64,000 nt of DNA from positions 1 through 64,000 of the IMG/VR virus record IMGVR_UViG_2913167280_000003; one strand, written 5' to 3'. Position numbers and translations under genes: made by a program. Under the pieces are notes generated by a model. That model was not told the DNA's origin and did no database searches. It saw only the letters and a program-made list of their open reading frames with translations. Shown in pieces: positions 22,044 through 34,480 of this stretch. Every line of letters begins with the position of its first letter. Position 1 is the first letter of the stretch. Source of the DNA: a virus (Duplodnaviria > Heunggongvirae > Uroviricota > Caudoviricetes).

Positions 22044-25000
22044 TATGCAAGCCTCACTATATAATTAAATGCAATGTTTTTGACGGTGTTTTCGGTATTA
22101 CCCGTTGGATTTACCGTGATAGTGTGTCCGTGTGTTCCCAATGCCAAAGTGTGTGCATGGGCGCCAATACCAACAGTATGATTGTGAGCACCAATTCCTA
22201 CTGTATGGGCATGGTTGCCTGCAGAGCTTGTTTGAACTGTATTCCGAAGGCCATCTGCATCCCAATCACCTCTGGTGCCAGATGCTTGAGCTCCTGTTAT
22301 GTAACCATGTGTATGGGCACCTGTTGTATTGGTTGTTTTTGTTCCGTAATCAAATGTACTGACTGTTTTCGTGCCGTAATCAAATGAGCTGGTCGTTTTA
22401 GTACCGAGGTCAGTATTTGATGCACTGGCACTGTGAGTATGCGATTTAATCCCGTCCTGTTCCTGTGACAATACGGCACGCCCACTGGCGGGTTTGCCCT
22501 TGATTGTCCAGCCGCGCATATCAGGAATAACACCAGAAGGATAGGCTATAGCCAGTTTCGGATATGCTGCCTTATCAAACGTCTGCCCCTGCATGATTGC
22601 ATAGCCTGCAGGTGGTGTATCTGATGGCCACGGCAGCGGAACACCTGGCGGAAACGCTTCAATATTTGCCGAGCCGTCAAATTTTACGCCGTTAATTGTC
22701 CTTGCCGTTTTCAGCTTTGTTGCTGTAGCAGCATTGCCAGACAGTTCACCAGAAAGGCCAGCACTGAAGGTTTGCTTCGCCGCCCATGTCTGGGCTTCGT
22801 CAATTATCGGCACTCGTCTTGCCGTGATCGTGCGGCTTCCCGGATTTCCTGAGATGCGCACCATGAAGAAACGGTAGTTTGCTTTACTTACAGTGCTGCG
22901 CCATACATGCATTGAGCGCCCCGTACCGGAGTCATCACTTGGGCCAACCGCGATGTTTATTAGGTTTCCATCAATGACGCCCCAGTCCATGCCGTCGGGA
23001 ATGTTAGTCATATTATCAAGCCGAACGGTTATCAGACTGCCCGGAACGAAATCGTAGGTCTGCCAGTCCAGGCTGGTGAGTTTTGCCACTGCGCCACCGA
23101 TACCCAGATTCAGGGGCAACGAAAAGGAGTTATATACTTCTCGCCATTCGGTCCATTTGCTCCCGGCGTAGACGCGCTCAAAAGTGCGCCCCTGTGTGGT
23201 TTCTGCTTTCCCTGTGGTTGTGTAACGCTGCCAGACAGACACACCATCAAAACGTCTGATTACTTCCAGTATCCCAAGCAGTGTTGCTCCAGCGGTATCC
23301 TGCATTGGACCGTTTGTTGCCTTCCCTGTAACGCTGTAAATGCCAGGTGAAGTCAGATCATTCAAATCACCTTCGTAATAACGACATTCTGACTGGTGGC
23401 CTACTCTTGACCACGGTTCCCACTGTGGGTTCTTTGCATCCCATGCAGCAGAAAGACAGCGAACATACACATTTCCGCGGCGGGTCGTGTAACGTTGTGT
23501 TCGTGAGTAACCACCACCTTCAAGGACTTCAAGAAGTCCCTGCCCATAACTGCCTTCTTCTGGATAGTTGCGTTCAAATGACGCTATAGAGCCACTACTG
23601 TTTCGCCATGAGCCAAGATGCTCTGCGCCTCCGAGCGTATTCAGGTCAATGGTTGTACTCAGAGAGCGTGTTGCTGACTGAATCTGTCGCCAGTAGCTCC
23701 AAGGGCCGTCAGAGCCATTCCAGGAACCAGAAAGGTTGCGCATATAAACATTGCCAGTTCTGGTGGTATAACGCTGCATTCCGGAAAAATTACCGCCATT
23801 GAATACCTCAAGAACACCGACGGCACCGTCTTCCGGGAAATGTTTCTCCAGTGTTGCGTTGGATGATGTGGATTTATACCAGCCCCCCACATAATCCTTA
23901 ACTGGACCGAAAGTATTCAGGTCTGCATCAACTGGCATTTCGCCGTTGTTTTTCATAAACGTCAGGCTGGTGACGTCAAGGTTTGCAGGCGTCAGAGAAA
24001 TATCTTTAGAACCGTCAAATGAAACGCCGTTTATCTTTCTGGCTGTTTTTAATTTCGTCGCGGTATCGGCGTTCCCCGTCAACGCACCGCTGATCCCACC
24101 GTTGAAAGTCTGGCGTGCGCTCCAGGTGTTAGCCGTACTCAACAGGGGGATCTTTTCGCCGCTTGTGCCGAGTTCTCTTAAACCAAGGTATTGGATAACA
24201 GCAAGGACACTTGTTTTAGCCAGAATATCGCGACCGACTGACGTTAAATCAGTCTGGGCAACAGTATCTTTACCGGTAAAGTACGGCAATTTATTTGCGC
24301 CGGTCGCAAGGCCAGCGAGCGCGGTTAAAGTTGCATCCAGAGGCTGTTTGCCTGCCAGCGCATTGGTCATTGTTGTCGCAAAGTTCGGGTCATTGCCAAG
24401 TGCTGCTGCAAGCTCATTCAGGGTATCAAGAGCTTCTGGTGATGAGCCGACCAATGCAGATATAGCAGCCCGTACGTAAGCAGTCGTAGCGATCTGCGTA
24501 TTATTTGTTCCCTGTGCAGCGGTAGGCGCAGTAGGGATTCCCGTTAATGCAGGACTTGCCAAAGGCGCTTTAAGAGCCAGTGCGTTATTGATAGTGGCAC
24601 TGAAATTCGGGTCGTTATTGATAGCTGCCGCAATTTCTTTCAGCGTATCCAATGCTCCAGGAGCACCATTGATAAGTGCAGTTATAGCGGCCTTAACAAA
24701 GGCTGTATTTGCGATCTGCGTGCTGTTTGTACCTTGAGCTGCCGTCGGCGCGGTTGGCGTTCCTGTCAGACTCGGGCTTTCTATCGGCGCTTTGGTATCA
24801 GCCAGATCTTTTACAGACTTGACGGCTTTAGGGGTAGCCGCCATTGTTTCGCTGTCGCTGTCAGTTGCGCTACTGAGCTGAACTAACCCCTTTTGCGTTG
24901 TGCTTGCATCCTGCGCCGTATACTTGCTTTTCGCCAGATCGTAGGCTTTTTTAACTGCCAGAGAACTTGCAGCGACATCGCTTCTGCTGCTGGTTACAGA

Positions 25001-25546
25001 GTCTGAAATTTCAATGCCAATCGTGCGGTTGATACGCTCTGATGTATCAATCATCTCCTGGGTAATGGCAGATACCCCGGCAGGGATATTCACCGTACAA
25101 ACAAGCAGCTCACCATCTCCTAACTGATATGAATCGGTATAAGTTCTGGCGACAAATTCAGCCGCATGAATATGTGAGGCGGTATTAACCTGATAGGTGT
25201 CTTCTCCAAGAAGGTATCTTCCCTTCAGCACAATTGCATATTTTTTGCCTGCACTAAGTGCAAGGGAGATATCCCTACGGTGTTGAATAGTTACCTGATA
25301 GAATTCGCCAATATCCACTGACGCCGCGCCAGCAGTTTTATCACCATCCAGTGAGGTGATTAACAGGTTCATCCCACCGCCAGGCTTCGGCAGGAAACCG
25401 GCATAAAATCCTGGGTCAACAATTCCCCTGAATTTTCGGTTTAGCGCGGCTGACAGATATGGTTCGTGGTATTGCACATCAGCCACCAGAGCCAGTGACT
25501 CGGGGGATGGGTAAGTAACTGATGTGACAACTGTAACGTCATTCAT
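22043..25546 (-). CDS. S: Tail fibre protein (S-like)
   Basis: About 1167 aa from the internal ATG at 25546 (AAGGA RBS). Two tandem ~75-aa fibre repeats ([10 protein letters not shown]...NDPNF) and a His-rich C-terminal region ([22 protein letters not shown]). Confidence 0.8.
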   Translation of the reverse strand: MNDVTVVTSVTYPSPESLALVADVQYHEPYLSAALNRKFRGIVDPGFYAGFLPKPGGGMNLLITSLDGDKTAGAASVDIGEFYQVTIQHRRDISLALSAGKKYAIVLKGRYLLGEDTYQVNTASHIHAAEFVARTYTDSYQLGDGELLVCTVNIPAGVSAITQEMIDTSERINRTIGIEISDSVTSSRSDVAASSLAVKKAYDLAKSKYTAQDASTTQKGLVQLSSATDSDSETMAATPKAVKSVKDLADTKAPIESPSLTGTPTAPTAAQGTNSTQIANTAFVKAAITALINGAPGALDTLKEIAAAINNDPNFSATINNALALKAPLASPALTGIPTAPTAAQGTNNTQIATTAYVRAAISALVGSSPEALDTLNELAAALGNDPNFATTMTNALAGKQPLDATLTALAGLATGANKLPYFTGKDTVAQTDLTSVGRDILAKTSVLAVIQYLGLRELGTSGEKIPLLSTANTWSARQTFNGGISGALTGNADTATKLKTARKINGVSFDGSKDISLTPANLDVTSLTFMKNNGEMPVDADLNTFGPVKDYVGGWYKSTSSNATLEKHFPEDGAVGVLEVFNGGNFSGMQRYTTRTGNVYMRNLSGSWNGSDGPWSYWRQIQSATRSLSTTIDLNTLGGAEHLGSWRNSSGSIASFERNYPEEGSYGQGLLEVLEGGGYSRTQRYTTRRGNVYVRCLSAAWDAKNPQWEPWSRVGHQSECRYYEGDLNDLTSPGIYSVTGKATNGPMQDTAGATLLGILEVIRRFDGVSVWQRYTTTGKAETTQGRTFERVYAGSKWTEWREVYNSFSLPLNLGIGGAVAKLTSLDWQTYDFVPGSLITVRLDNMTNIPDGMDWGVIDGNLINIAVGPSDDSGTGRSMHVWRSTVSKANYRFFMVRISGNPGSRTITARRVPIIDEAQTWAAKQTFSAGLSGELSGNAATATKLKTARTINGVKFDGSANIEAFPPGVPLPWPSDTPPAGYAIMQGQTFDKAAYPKLAIAYPSGVIPDMRGWTIKGKPASGRAVLSQEQDGIKSHTHSASASNTDLGTKTTSSFDYGTKTVSTFDYGTKTTNTTGAHTHGYITGAQASGTRGDWDADGLRNTVQTSSAGNHAHTVGIGAHNHTVGIGAHAHTLALGTHGHTITVNPTGNTENTVKNIAFNYIVRLA

Positions 25547-25557
25547 CAAGCATATCC

Positions 25558-25992
25558 TTATGCTATAGTCGAGTTGATGGCCATAACTGCGGTATATGTT
25601 TTGCCCACATACAGCGAGTCTTCCTGAACACAAATAATTGCGATGGGCTTATTCTCGTTATCCAGAACAACCAGAGTGTTGAATGGGTAGTTTTTCCCTT
25701 CCTGCAACTGGCTTTGATCAAGGTCCATTCGGACAGTAATTATCCCGCCAGAGTAGGTAGGGACGAGGTTGATGGTGCAAAATTGACTGGTCAGTTCTGC
25801 CAGCTCGAAAGTCTTTGGCAGTTCTCCAATCTCATAAGTGCCATCTTCATTTTTGGTAACCAGTGAGCTGGTACCGAAAACGGCCTTGCTGATTAAAAAT
25901 CGAGAGCCTTTGTTAATGGACGATTCAGCGCGCCGCTGATAGTAATAGTCCAACAACTGACTCTTATAGAGGTTTGTTGAGACGTCAGACAT
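25558..25992 (-). CDS. Tail fibre-associated protein (R-like position)
   Basis: 144-aa ORF immediately upstream of S in the same operon. Confidence 0.4.
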   Translation of the reverse strand: MSDVSTNLYKSQLLDYYYQRRAESSINKGSRFLISKAVFGTSSLVTKNEDGTYEIGELPKTFELAELTSQFCTINLVPTYSGGIITVRMDLDQSQLQEGKNYPFNTLVVLDNENKPIAIICVQEDSLYVGKTYTAVMAINSTIA

Positions 25993-26022
25993 GATTTTCC
26001 CTAATCAATGTTGTGAAGCCTC

Positions 26023-26046
26023 ATTGTAAGAGAAGTCACTTGTCAC
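26023..26046 (-). promoter_or_regulatory. P1-type late promoter candidate upstream of the R-S-U tail-fibre operon
   Basis: Minus strand reads GTGACAAGTGACTT, CTCT, TACAAT about 30 nt upstream of the R start. Confidence 0.45.
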
Positions 26047-26070
26047 CCCGCCCGGCGGACGGGGTGATTG

Positions 26071-26910
26071 TCAGGCATAGCTATCCAGCAACAAATCATC
26101 TGCACGAGTGCGATCAAACGTAGGCGTTGCTTTCACAATAGTGCCGCCAGGCGTTGCGGTGATCGGGGCGCTAATCGACGTAACTCCAGTAAGTGAAGTT
26201 GTATCCGAAGTTTCAAACCAGCAGTACGCTTTTTCAGTATCAGAAATCTCGTTCAAAGTGATCATGTCGGCCTGTTCATTCACAACAACCGACAAATAGA
26301 GCGTAAGCCCATCAAACACTATATGCAGTGGTAGTAGAGGCTTTACGAACTGATTAAACTTTCTGAGAATTTCTTCTGTGATTGCGGACTGATCTATCGT
26401 GCCGGTAATTCCCATTGTCCGGGCCAGGTCGTTTATGGGAATGCTGATCATCCCTCTGGAAGTCAGAAACATCTCGCCGAATGTGCCGCCGGTAGTTTCC
26501 AGTGTGCTTTCTGGAATCAGGACCGTGCCATAGGGATGACGTTCAAGGTCTACCGGGGCATATATCGGATCCCATAAAACAGAAATACCGTTAAATTCGC
26601 GGTAAATTGTCTGGTTTATAGGGCGTTCAGTTCCCTTAAAGTGGATCTCGTCAAGCCGCTGTTGTAACAGCATTGGTACGGAAGACGAATTCGACGTTCT
26701 GATAGTAAAGAACTGGCCAAGTTCATTTGTCCTGGTCTCCAGATCTTCCTTGCTCATGGAGAAAATAGACTTCCGGTTGGTAATTCGCTCCAACCATGGG
26801 TCAACAAAAGTGTCCATCATTGACTGAACCAAATCAGCCAATGATTTATAGAGCAATGACTTTTGCTTAGCTGATGTAAGCCGGTTATTAAACCAGGAAC
26901 GTTGCATCAC
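26071..26910 (-). CDS. Baseplate/tail morphogenesis protein (gp16-like position)
   Basis: 279-aa ORF in the sit-baseplate operon; synteny only. Confidence 0.35.
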   Translation of the reverse strand: MMQRSWFNNRLTSAKQKSLLYKSLADLVQSMMDTFVDPWLERITNRKSIFSMSKEDLETRTNELGQFFTIRTSNSSSVPMLLQQRLDEIHFKGTERPINQTIYREFNGISVLWDPIYAPVDLERHPYGTVLIPESTLETTGGTFGEMFLTSRGMISIPINDLARTMGITGTIDQSAITEEILRKFNQFVKPLLPLHIVFDGLTLYLSVVVNEQADMITLNEISDTEKAYCWFETSDTTSLTGVTSISAPITATPGGTIVKATPTFDRTRADDLLLDSYA

Positions 26911-28340
26911 TCCTCCTCATACGAAATATTAAAGGTGGAGTTTTCTGTATCCAGATAAACGAAATCGTAAAAGCCGTTGGACTCATTCCACTCGACAAAT
27001 TCCAGATAAAAATCGCGGAAATAGCCAAGCGTTTCGATATACGCCCAAACGTCTTTTTTCTTAATCAGGATGTACTTACCAACGCGGTTTGGGTCAAAGA
27101 AAGCTGAGTCGCGCCCGAATTTTGTTTCCAGCGCCGACGTCAGTTCATCGGTCACGTTTTCAATGGTCAGGCTTGCCGATATCCGCCCGGTGATTGTTAT
27201 CTTAAATGGTAGTTTTCTGACCTCTTTATAAGAGAATTTCTTGTTCAGCTCATTCGGTACCTTCTTAAAGGCAGCCAGGATCATTTCTTCAAGCTCTGAC
27301 TGACTTTTATTTGGATGCCATCCTGAAATAAATATCTTATTGATATTCTGAACATTATAAGCACCATCTAATTTCTCTTGCTGGCCCTCACCCCAAGCTT
27401 TTACCCAGGACAGGCCTGGGATGTTACGCACCAGAAAATACGTATAGTCCCCGCCCCATACGACCTGATCATCATAGGCAAGGTAATATTGTGCACGGTT
27501 ACGTGTGATCTCCGTTGTTTCGGCATCGGTACCGGCGGTTATAGGTGTCGTTGTCTTAACTGAAATCGAGTTAGCTAAATTAGCCGCAGAATCGACAGGC
27601 GTCAGATTTTGGCCAGCAACCAGAGTTATATCGCCGTTGGTACACCAGACCTTAAGCGTAATTGTCGAACCTTCCGGCGGTATTTGCCCAATTAGTCCAT
27701 CGCCGAATCGAACGCCCAACTGTTCGGATGGTTTATAAAACTCAACATAGACCTGGCTTTTACTACCAGCTAACCGGAACATAGTGCTGGAAGACCACTG
27801 CGTAGTCTTACCATCGGTCGTCACGAATACTTCCAGCTTATAGCAGACAGCAGTGAGAGCCTTTGATAATACGACTTCCAGAAATTCTTTGGCCGCCGTA
27901 ACGGTATATGTCACCTCCTGAATTTCCAACTGCGCCACTTCTACCGTACCGGCGCCGTCAACCAATCTGCATACATCCATAGTCATGTAAGGGTACTGGT
28001 CGTCAGATATTAAAGGCGTGTTTTTGGGGATTACCGCTGGGGCATCTTCACTTGTGGCTGTGATCTCAACCATCCCCGATGACGGTGTTGGTTTGGTACC
28101 AACGTAACTGTTCGTTTCTGCCGCTGCCAGGATAGAGGAACGCCGCGTCGCGGTCGATATAAAGCCTTCAGCCAGCGCCGCATCGGCATACTGAAAGCAC
28201 CTGTATACAATCTGGGTAATAAACAATGTCAGCATCGAGACAAATTGAGAGCCGACAAACTTCGACCAGAATGAATCTTTCTCGACAAGCTCTTCAAACT
28301 CTGCGCGAATACTGTCTTTAGTCGGTGTTGTTTTACTCAT
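26907..28340 (-). CDS. Baseplate protein (BplA-like position)
   Basis: 477-aa ORF overlapping neighbours by 4 nt on both sides in the baseplate operon. Confidence 0.4.
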   Translation of the reverse strand: MSKTTPTKDSIRAEFEELVEKDSFWSKFVGSQFVSMLTLFITQIVYRCFQYADAALAEGFISTATRRSSILAAAETNSYVGTKPTPSSGMVEITATSEDAPAVIPKNTPLISDDQYPYMTMDVCRLVDGAGTVEVAQLEIQEVTYTVTAAKEFLEVVLSKALTAVCYKLEVFVTTDGKTTQWSSSTMFRLAGSKSQVYVEFYKPSEQLGVRFGDGLIGQIPPEGSTITLKVWCTNGDITLVAGQNLTPVDSAANLANSISVKTTTPITAGTDAETTEITRNRAQYYLAYDDQVVWGGDYTYFLVRNIPGLSWVKAWGEGQQEKLDGAYNVQNINKIFISGWHPNKSQSELEEMILAAFKKVPNELNKKFSYKEVRKLPFKITITGRISASLTIENVTDELTSALETKFGRDSAFFDPNRVGKYILIKKKDVWAYIETLGYFRDFYLEFVEWNESNGFYDFVYLDTENSTFNISYEEE

Positions 28341-28696
28341 AGCACCACGTCCTGTGTGATAGTTATATCCCTGATACGAATGGATATTTTCAACTTATCA
28401 AAAGCATCCCCCTCGGCTACTGACAAGCCAGAAATCGGTATGTCGGGTAAATCTACCGTCAGTTTTTGCAATAGCATTGCCTCAACCGCAATTTGAACAT
28501 GCGACAAGTTGGTCGGTTCGTGTTTAAACTGCGGTAAAACATTGCCCCATGACGGATCGCCGTATACCTCACCCTGATAAGTGTTTAGCCACTCATATAA
28601 ACGAGCGCCCCAGGCCTCCTCCTGGGACTCATACGTTTTTACGCCGGATAACTCCAGCGTCAGCAAAGGATCAATTTCGTTATTGTTGGCCATCAA
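28337..28696 (-). CDS. Small baseplate protein (PmgA-like position)
   Basis: 119-aa ORF translationally coupled between sit and the baseplate gene. Confidence 0.35.
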   Translation of the reverse strand: MMANNNEIDPLLTLELSGVKTYESQEEAWGARLYEWLNTYQGEVYGDPSWGNVLPQFKHEPTNLSHVQIAVEAMLLQKLTVDLPDIPISGLSVAEGDAFDKLKISIRIRDITITQDVVL

Positions 28697-31600
28697 TCAA
28701 CTCTCGCGTAGTCATTCATCAACGGATCATCAATTGACAGTGGTACCGTGCGCATAACGCCCGGCTGAGGCGTGCTGACCTTTACGACAGTTCCCTGGCC
28801 TTTCGCCGAGTCTTTGGTGTGCTCTTCAATCCTGGCAAGCAATGAGGTCATCTGCGCAAACAGCCGCTTCGTTTCACCATCAAGTGAAACGGTATTATCA
28901 GCCAACTGCATTGTCGGCTTGGCACCGGAACCGCCTAGGTCACTAATAACCTGCCCGTCTATCTGCATACGACCAGTTGGTTGCTGCAAATCGTTGGCGA
29001 CAGTCGTCACTTGCGACGTGGTGGCTGGTTCAGGCGCATTACTTTTCCGCATCCCCGGCGCGTTGCGGACTTTATCGAACAGCCCATCTATCCCCATTTG
29101 TGCGCCGAGCTGGTCAAAGTAACTTGAGTTGTTAGCAACCGGACGCGCCTCTTCAACTGGCATAGGTGTATCAACATACACATTGCCAGCTGCCGTTGCG
29201 GTTCCCTTTCCTCGTGCACGTTCTTCGAGGGTTCCCTGGACGACTTCTCGACGCATCCCCCGGCCATTCATAAATTTGTTGACCAGATCGTTAACGCCAA
29301 CAGCATTGCCGATTTTGTCTACCAGACCGTCTTTCTCAAACGGGCTATCACCAGGGGTAAACGCCAGGCCAGTAGACTGATCGATAACGGCGTTATCAGG
29401 CAGTGGTCCCATCACTCCAGATTGCGCCCCACCCTGTGCTCCTGCTCCAGGTGTATAGATTTCACCACCTAAATAGCGAGCACGATGAGTATTGACCTTG
29501 ATCGCATACTCGCGGTTTTCCTTCGATAAGTCACCGGTGCCTTTTTTCCACTTATTAATAGTGCCAAACCCTGCGTTATATGCAGTGATGGCCTCGTTTA
29601 AGTCTCCATTGGCTTGCTTCAGATACTTGCTCATGAGAAGAGCCGCAGCTTCTGCCGATTTCACAGGATCAAACGATTCACCTTTAGCTAAGCCAGTCTC
29701 TTCACGAGCAATGCCCGTGAACTGAAACATCCCTAGAGCACCAGTTTGGGATTTTGCGTACGGATTACCACCAGATTCAGTTGCAGCAATCGCGTAAAGA
29801 GTGCCTTCAGGAAGACCATATTTATTCTCTAGTTCAGCAAAATACGGAGCTAACTTATCGAGATTTGCCTTACCTTCAGCGCCAAGGCTTCCGACTTTTA
29901 CATCTAAGTTGCCATTATTGTAGGTATCAGCAGCTTTCTGAATGTCATTCCTAGTGCCGGTGGTATTACGCGACGATGATGACGAGCTATTTTGTCCAAT
30001 AGCTGTATCAATTTTCCGCACCGCGCTATTGCCCGTTTCTACGGCATTTGCATTGATAATCTGATTGGCAGTTTCTTTAACTGTTTTATTGCTATCTTTC
30101 GCCGTGTCCAGTGCCGCATTTATCACGCGGGTAGCAATATTAGTCTGTTTGGCATCGGATTCAGTTTTAGAATCAGATGTCTCCTGGTGGCTATTAACCG
30201 GAGCTTTTAACTCTGGAGTGATTTCTTTTGCATTAGCCTCGCCGATCGGATTGGGTATTTTTGATACAATCATTGCCGCAGGGGTATTTTTAACGGCATC
30301 AACCGCTGCATCTAATGCTTTACCGGGTAAATTTTTAACCCCATCCCAAATATTACCAGCCGCCTCTTTAATGTGTTTCCCTGGGTTCTTAATGAAGTCA
30401 ATTGCACTATCAATTGCATCACTGAAAACCTGTTTCAGGTTATCGACAGTAAAGAAGTCTTTTATGGCATCCAGCTTTTCAAGCAACTTATTAGATGTAT
30501 CGCTAAACCATGCTGAAACAGCATCACCAATCTTTGCTGTGTAATCATCGAACTTGGTAGAAATGGTGTCGCCAATGTTAGAAATATATGTTTCTAAGTT
30601 GGTAATCCCACTATCAATGGCCTGGGCAATACTTTCCGTCGAAAATGATTGCAACATATTGCCGATATCCTCAAATCCAAGTGATTTGAGAACATCACCA
30701 ATAGCACTGCTAATACCAGATACCAGTCCCCCCATATCGAGAACATTGGCTAACGTATAAGCGGCTTTTTGCTGGAATGACGGATCTTGTCCTGATTTAA
30801 GCCCAAACGCTCGACGTTGCGCTTCTGTATCATTCCAACCGGTTACCGCATCATAAATACCTCCAGCCACTGTGCCGACTAGGGGAATTGCGCGTAACGC
30901 CCCTTTACCAACTGCCTTTAACCCCAGTTTACCAGCTGCCCGGGCAGCCAAATCTCCGCCTTCATGGGCGAGAGTCTTCTTGCCCCCACCGCGTAGCATT
31001 CCTACGAGTTTCTTTGCCCCCAGAGCGCCAAAAGCGAGTGCTCCCGCTTTTTTCAGCATGCCACGCCCCATTAATAACGACGCGACGCCTCCGGCCCCCT
31101 TCCCTAACAGGCTAAATAATTTGGACAGCAAGCCGCCCTTCTTTTTCCCGGTGTTTTTGCCTATCTGTTCAAGGGCGCGGAGAATCTTGTCATTGCCCTC
31201 TTTAATTTCGCTGGTCTGATCCTGAAGTTCCTGAACCGTCCGTTTTTGGGTGTTAACCTGAACGACATCGGCACTACTTTGCGATTTACGCCTAAAAAAA
31301 CCTTTTCTACGGCTGTTATCGTCATTGCCACGAATCACATCAGCAATAGACTTTCTGGCACCATTAAGCGATCCGCCAACTTCTTTTGATATCCCGCCAA
31401 GCTCTTTTCCCGCTGCCCACAATGGGTCAGCAACGGCATAACCTAAAGCATCGACGGCACGAGTCTCTGAAGGGTTACCTATACCTTCAGCTACTTTTGA
31501 CAGTTTTTTTAATAAACCTGATTCAGCATTTAGACGCTCATCATCCTCTTTGCGCCTGGCCTTTTCAGCGCGTTCAGCACGGGCATCTTCCGATGCGGCC

Positions 31601-32085
31601 TTACTCCCTGACTTTCCAATAAAACGACCACGCGCATCGCGTTGGTTTTGGCTTTTTTGCGTACCGCCTTTTTGACCAAACATTTCGCGGGCGTGTTCGG
31701 CTGCTTCGGTCCGTTGCGCCTTTACATCTTCTGTTATAGCCTTCCTGCGTCGTTTTTTATCCTTTCGCGTAGTTGATTTGGCCTGCGGTTCCTGTAGAGC
31801 AACATCCTCCTGAACTACACGAGGAACGTCCCCTAAATTAAGCCGTTTCATTGCCTCAACAATAGGGTCCACTGATGGCGCTTTGGCCACAAAGTCTGGC
31901 TGGGAATGTTCGATTGTGCGATTTAATGCCGACACACTGCGAGAGACAGGATCAACAGTTGCAACTCGCCCCCCTTTCAAATCTTCAACAGCTTCCCGAA
32001 TACCTGCAAGCTCTTCCAGCTCTTTTGCGCTGGCGGTTTCAACCGTCCTTATCACATCGTCAATGTTGGCGTTTTTTCTTTCCAT
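28693..32085 (-). CDS. sit: Structural injection transglycosylase / tape-measure-like protein
   Basis: 1130-aa ORF with a soluble lytic transglycosylase core (AIAATESGGNPYAKSQTGALGMFQF ... AYNAGFG) inside a long Gly/Ala/Lys-rich repetitive protein. Confidence 0.85.
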   Translation of the reverse strand: MERKNANIDDVIRTVETASAKELEELAGIREAVEDLKGGRVATVDPVSRSVSALNRTIEHSQPDFVAKAPSVDPIVEAMKRLNLGDVPRVVQEDVALQEPQAKSTTRKDKKRRRKAITEDVKAQRTEAAEHAREMFGQKGGTQKSQNQRDARGRFIGKSGSKAASEDARAERAEKARRKEDDERLNAESGLLKKLSKVAEGIGNPSETRAVDALGYAVADPLWAAGKELGGISKEVGGSLNGARKSIADVIRGNDDNSRRKGFFRRKSQSSADVVQVNTQKRTVQELQDQTSEIKEGNDKILRALEQIGKNTGKKKGGLLSKLFSLLGKGAGGVASLLMGRGMLKKAGALAFGALGAKKLVGMLRGGGKKTLAHEGGDLAARAAGKLGLKAVGKGALRAIPLVGTVAGGIYDAVTGWNDTEAQRRAFGLKSGQDPSFQQKAAYTLANVLDMGGLVSGISSAIGDVLKSLGFEDIGNMLQSFSTESIAQAIDSGITNLETYISNIGDTISTKFDDYTAKIGDAVSAWFSDTSNKLLEKLDAIKDFFTVDNLKQVFSDAIDSAIDFIKNPGKHIKEAAGNIWDGVKNLPGKALDAAVDAVKNTPAAMIVSKIPNPIGEANAKEITPELKAPVNSHQETSDSKTESDAKQTNIATRVINAALDTAKDSNKTVKETANQIINANAVETGNSAVRKIDTAIGQNSSSSSSRNTTGTRNDIQKAADTYNNGNLDVKVGSLGAEGKANLDKLAPYFAELENKYGLPEGTLYAIAATESGGNPYAKSQTGALGMFQFTGIAREETGLAKGESFDPVKSAEAAALLMSKYLKQANGDLNEAITAYNAGFGTINKWKKGTGDLSKENREYAIKVNTHRARYLGGEIYTPGAGAQGGAQSGVMGPLPDNAVIDQSTGLAFTPGDSPFEKDGLVDKIGNAVGVNDLVNKFMNGRGMRREVVQGTLEERARGKGTATAAGNVYVDTPMPVEEARPVANNSSYFDQLGAQMGIDGLFDKVRNAPGMRKSNAPEPATTSQVTTVANDLQQPTGRMQIDGQVISDLGGSGAKPTMQLADNTVSLDGETKRLFAQMTSLLARIEEHTKDSAKGQGTVVKVSTPQPGVMRTVPLSIDDPLMNDYARVD

Positions 32086-32166
32086 GATCTTATCGCCTAC
32101 CGCTTCGGTTTAAGTTTTTCTTCCAGTTTCTCCAACAGGAAAAACGCATAGGATTCAGTGAGCCTT

Positions 32167-33048
32167 TCAGCGTCCTGAATCGGTATACCCCCATACAAAA
32201 CCAGGTTGGACACTAAGGTCTGATAGCTTTTCAATCCCCACCTGTGGAATGAAGTCGGTAGCCCGAAAGGGCACCCACAGACGGGTATACGCACCCTCTG
32301 TGGACTCCTTTGTATCCTGGTTTGGGCATTTGTGCGGCGGGAGACGAAGTCGCATTTCGCCTTTATCGATGTAGCACGGTAAACCATGTTCGAGCTTTTC
32401 ATGAGCCAGCCGGATGTGTGCCGCCAGCTTCATAAATTCAGTATCAATGGCCATCCGTTTGATCGTTTCATAACGACGCTCAGCCTGCTCTTCACGAGTA
32501 CCGCTAACATCGTTATAAAGTTCACACTGATAAGCGAATTCCCAAAAACGCAAATCAACGATCGCTTCTTTGAATTCCGCGTCGTCTTCAGGTGGCAATG
32601 CTGCACGGCGCATCCCCAGCATTTCCATTGCCCAACCATCAAGCGGCACGATACGCCATTGATAAGGCACGCCCTCTACAGACACCTCAATATCGTCAAT
32701 GAACGGTTCCACTTCCAGGACCTGGATATCTTCAGCCAGAGCATTCATATCGCAATCGTAATAATGCTCTTTACCGCAATGTTTACAGGTGTAGGTAAAT
32801 GTCTCGATCGGTGTTTCGCGGGAGCCAGTAAATATCCACCATAACGCGGTAATCCGGTCCTGTGCCGTCCATTTCAGTGGATCATGTTTCGCAGGTTCAG
32901 CCAGCAAGGCTTTTAAATACGCCGTTGTTTGCTGTTCTTGTTCCTCCGGTGTTATCGAGTTGAAACGCATCGCATCAGCAATATTTGGCTGACGGAACTG
33001 GATTAATTCAGTTGGCCGCGATGGTAGAGGGAAAAGGGGTAAAAGCAT
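32167..33048 (-). CDS. Virion morphogenesis protein (PmgB-like position)
   Basis: 293-aa ORF downstream of sit in the same operon. Confidence 0.35.
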   Translation of the reverse strand: MLLPLFPLPSRPTELIQFRQPNIADAMRFNSITPEEQEQQTTAYLKALLAEPAKHDPLKWTAQDRITALWWIFTGSRETPIETFTYTCKHCGKEHYYDCDMNALAEDIQVLEVEPFIDDIEVSVEGVPYQWRIVPLDGWAMEMLGMRRAALPPEDDAEFKEAIVDLRFWEFAYQCELYNDVSGTREEQAERRYETIKRMAIDTEFMKLAAHIRLAHEKLEHGLPCYIDKGEMRLRLPPHKCPNQDTKESTEGAYTRLWVPFRATDFIPQVGIEKLSDLSVQPGFVWGYTDSGR

Positions 33049-33062
33049 CCTTGCTCCTTAAT

Positions 33063-33674
33063 TTAAAGCGAAAAACTAAAGCCCAGAAGGGAAGCCAAAG
33101 AACTTGAGGATTGGTTAAACGTGCTGTGCAATGCGAAGGTCATTGGGAATGACTTAAATTCCGTAACCTGATCCCGTGCATAGGTGACATCGCCGGTAGT
33201 GATCGGGAATACCGTCATCTCATTTTCCAGTTTTGTTAAACCGGAAGACAGCAACCGATAAATACGCACATTGAGCAAATATTTAGACGGTATGTTCCCG
33301 GTACCGTCCGGATTGATCACCCGACTTTTTGCCGTTTTAAACCAGTCCAAAACGAGGCCATCAACGGTATCCCTGACCATCATTGTTATCTGCCCAGGCG
33401 AACGCTCCGTTGGCTGAAGAATATTCCCTCCGCCGATTTTAATCGTTTCATATTCGATGCTGTAATCGTGGTAGGTAATGTCTTTAGCAAAGAAGTCTGC
33501 CCCCTCCAGTCCATCAACTTCGACAGAGAACTGCCATCCTTGCGCGAACAGCATTTTGTTCATGATGATTGACGTCAGCTTACCGACTTCCCGCTCACCA
33601 ACGCCGGAGCCAAATAATGTCGTCGTAAATGCCGAAGATACATAAGACTTTACTGATGCAACATTAAGTCCCAT
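33063..33674 (-). CDS. Tail protein (Tub-like position)
   Basis: 203-aa ORF between the pmgB-like and pmgC-like genes. Confidence 0.4.
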   Translation of the reverse strand: MGLNVASVKSYVSSAFTTTLFGSGVGEREVGKLTSIIMNKMLFAQGWQFSVEVDGLEGADFFAKDITYHDYSIEYETIKIGGGNILQPTERSPGQITMMVRDTVDGLVLDWFKTAKSRVINPDGTGNIPSKYLLNVRIYRLLSSGLTKLENEMTVFPITTGDVTYARDQVTEFKSFPMTFALHSTFNQSSSSLASLLGFSFSL

Positions 33675-33684
33675 ATCAGCCCCC

Positions 33685-34304
<620 letters not shown>

Positions 34305-34445
34305 CATTGAGTGGGAATATTGCCGTCTGGGAGTAATATGGTATCATTAAGTTAGAGTAGGTAGTGTAGATGGAATGAGGAGTATCATATGGTTATCACA
34401 CAATCAGGTTGCTTTGAGTCAGGTTGTTTTGAGTAAAACAATAAA

Positions 34446-34470
34446 ACGCCCTTTAATGGGCGTATTTTTT
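34446..34470 (+). terminator. Terminator-like hairpin between the pmgC-like promoter and the membrane-protein gene
   Basis: ACGCCC-TTTAAT-GGGCGT followed by ATTTTTT; A-rich on the 5' side, so possibly bidirectional. Confidence 0.45.
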
Positions 34471-34480
34471 AGGATTTAAA

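Noticed and set aside
32097-32402. 101-aa ORF overlapping the 3' end of the pmgB-like gene
   Set aside because: Overlaps a longer operon-embedded ORF in another frame without an obvious RBS; likely spurious.
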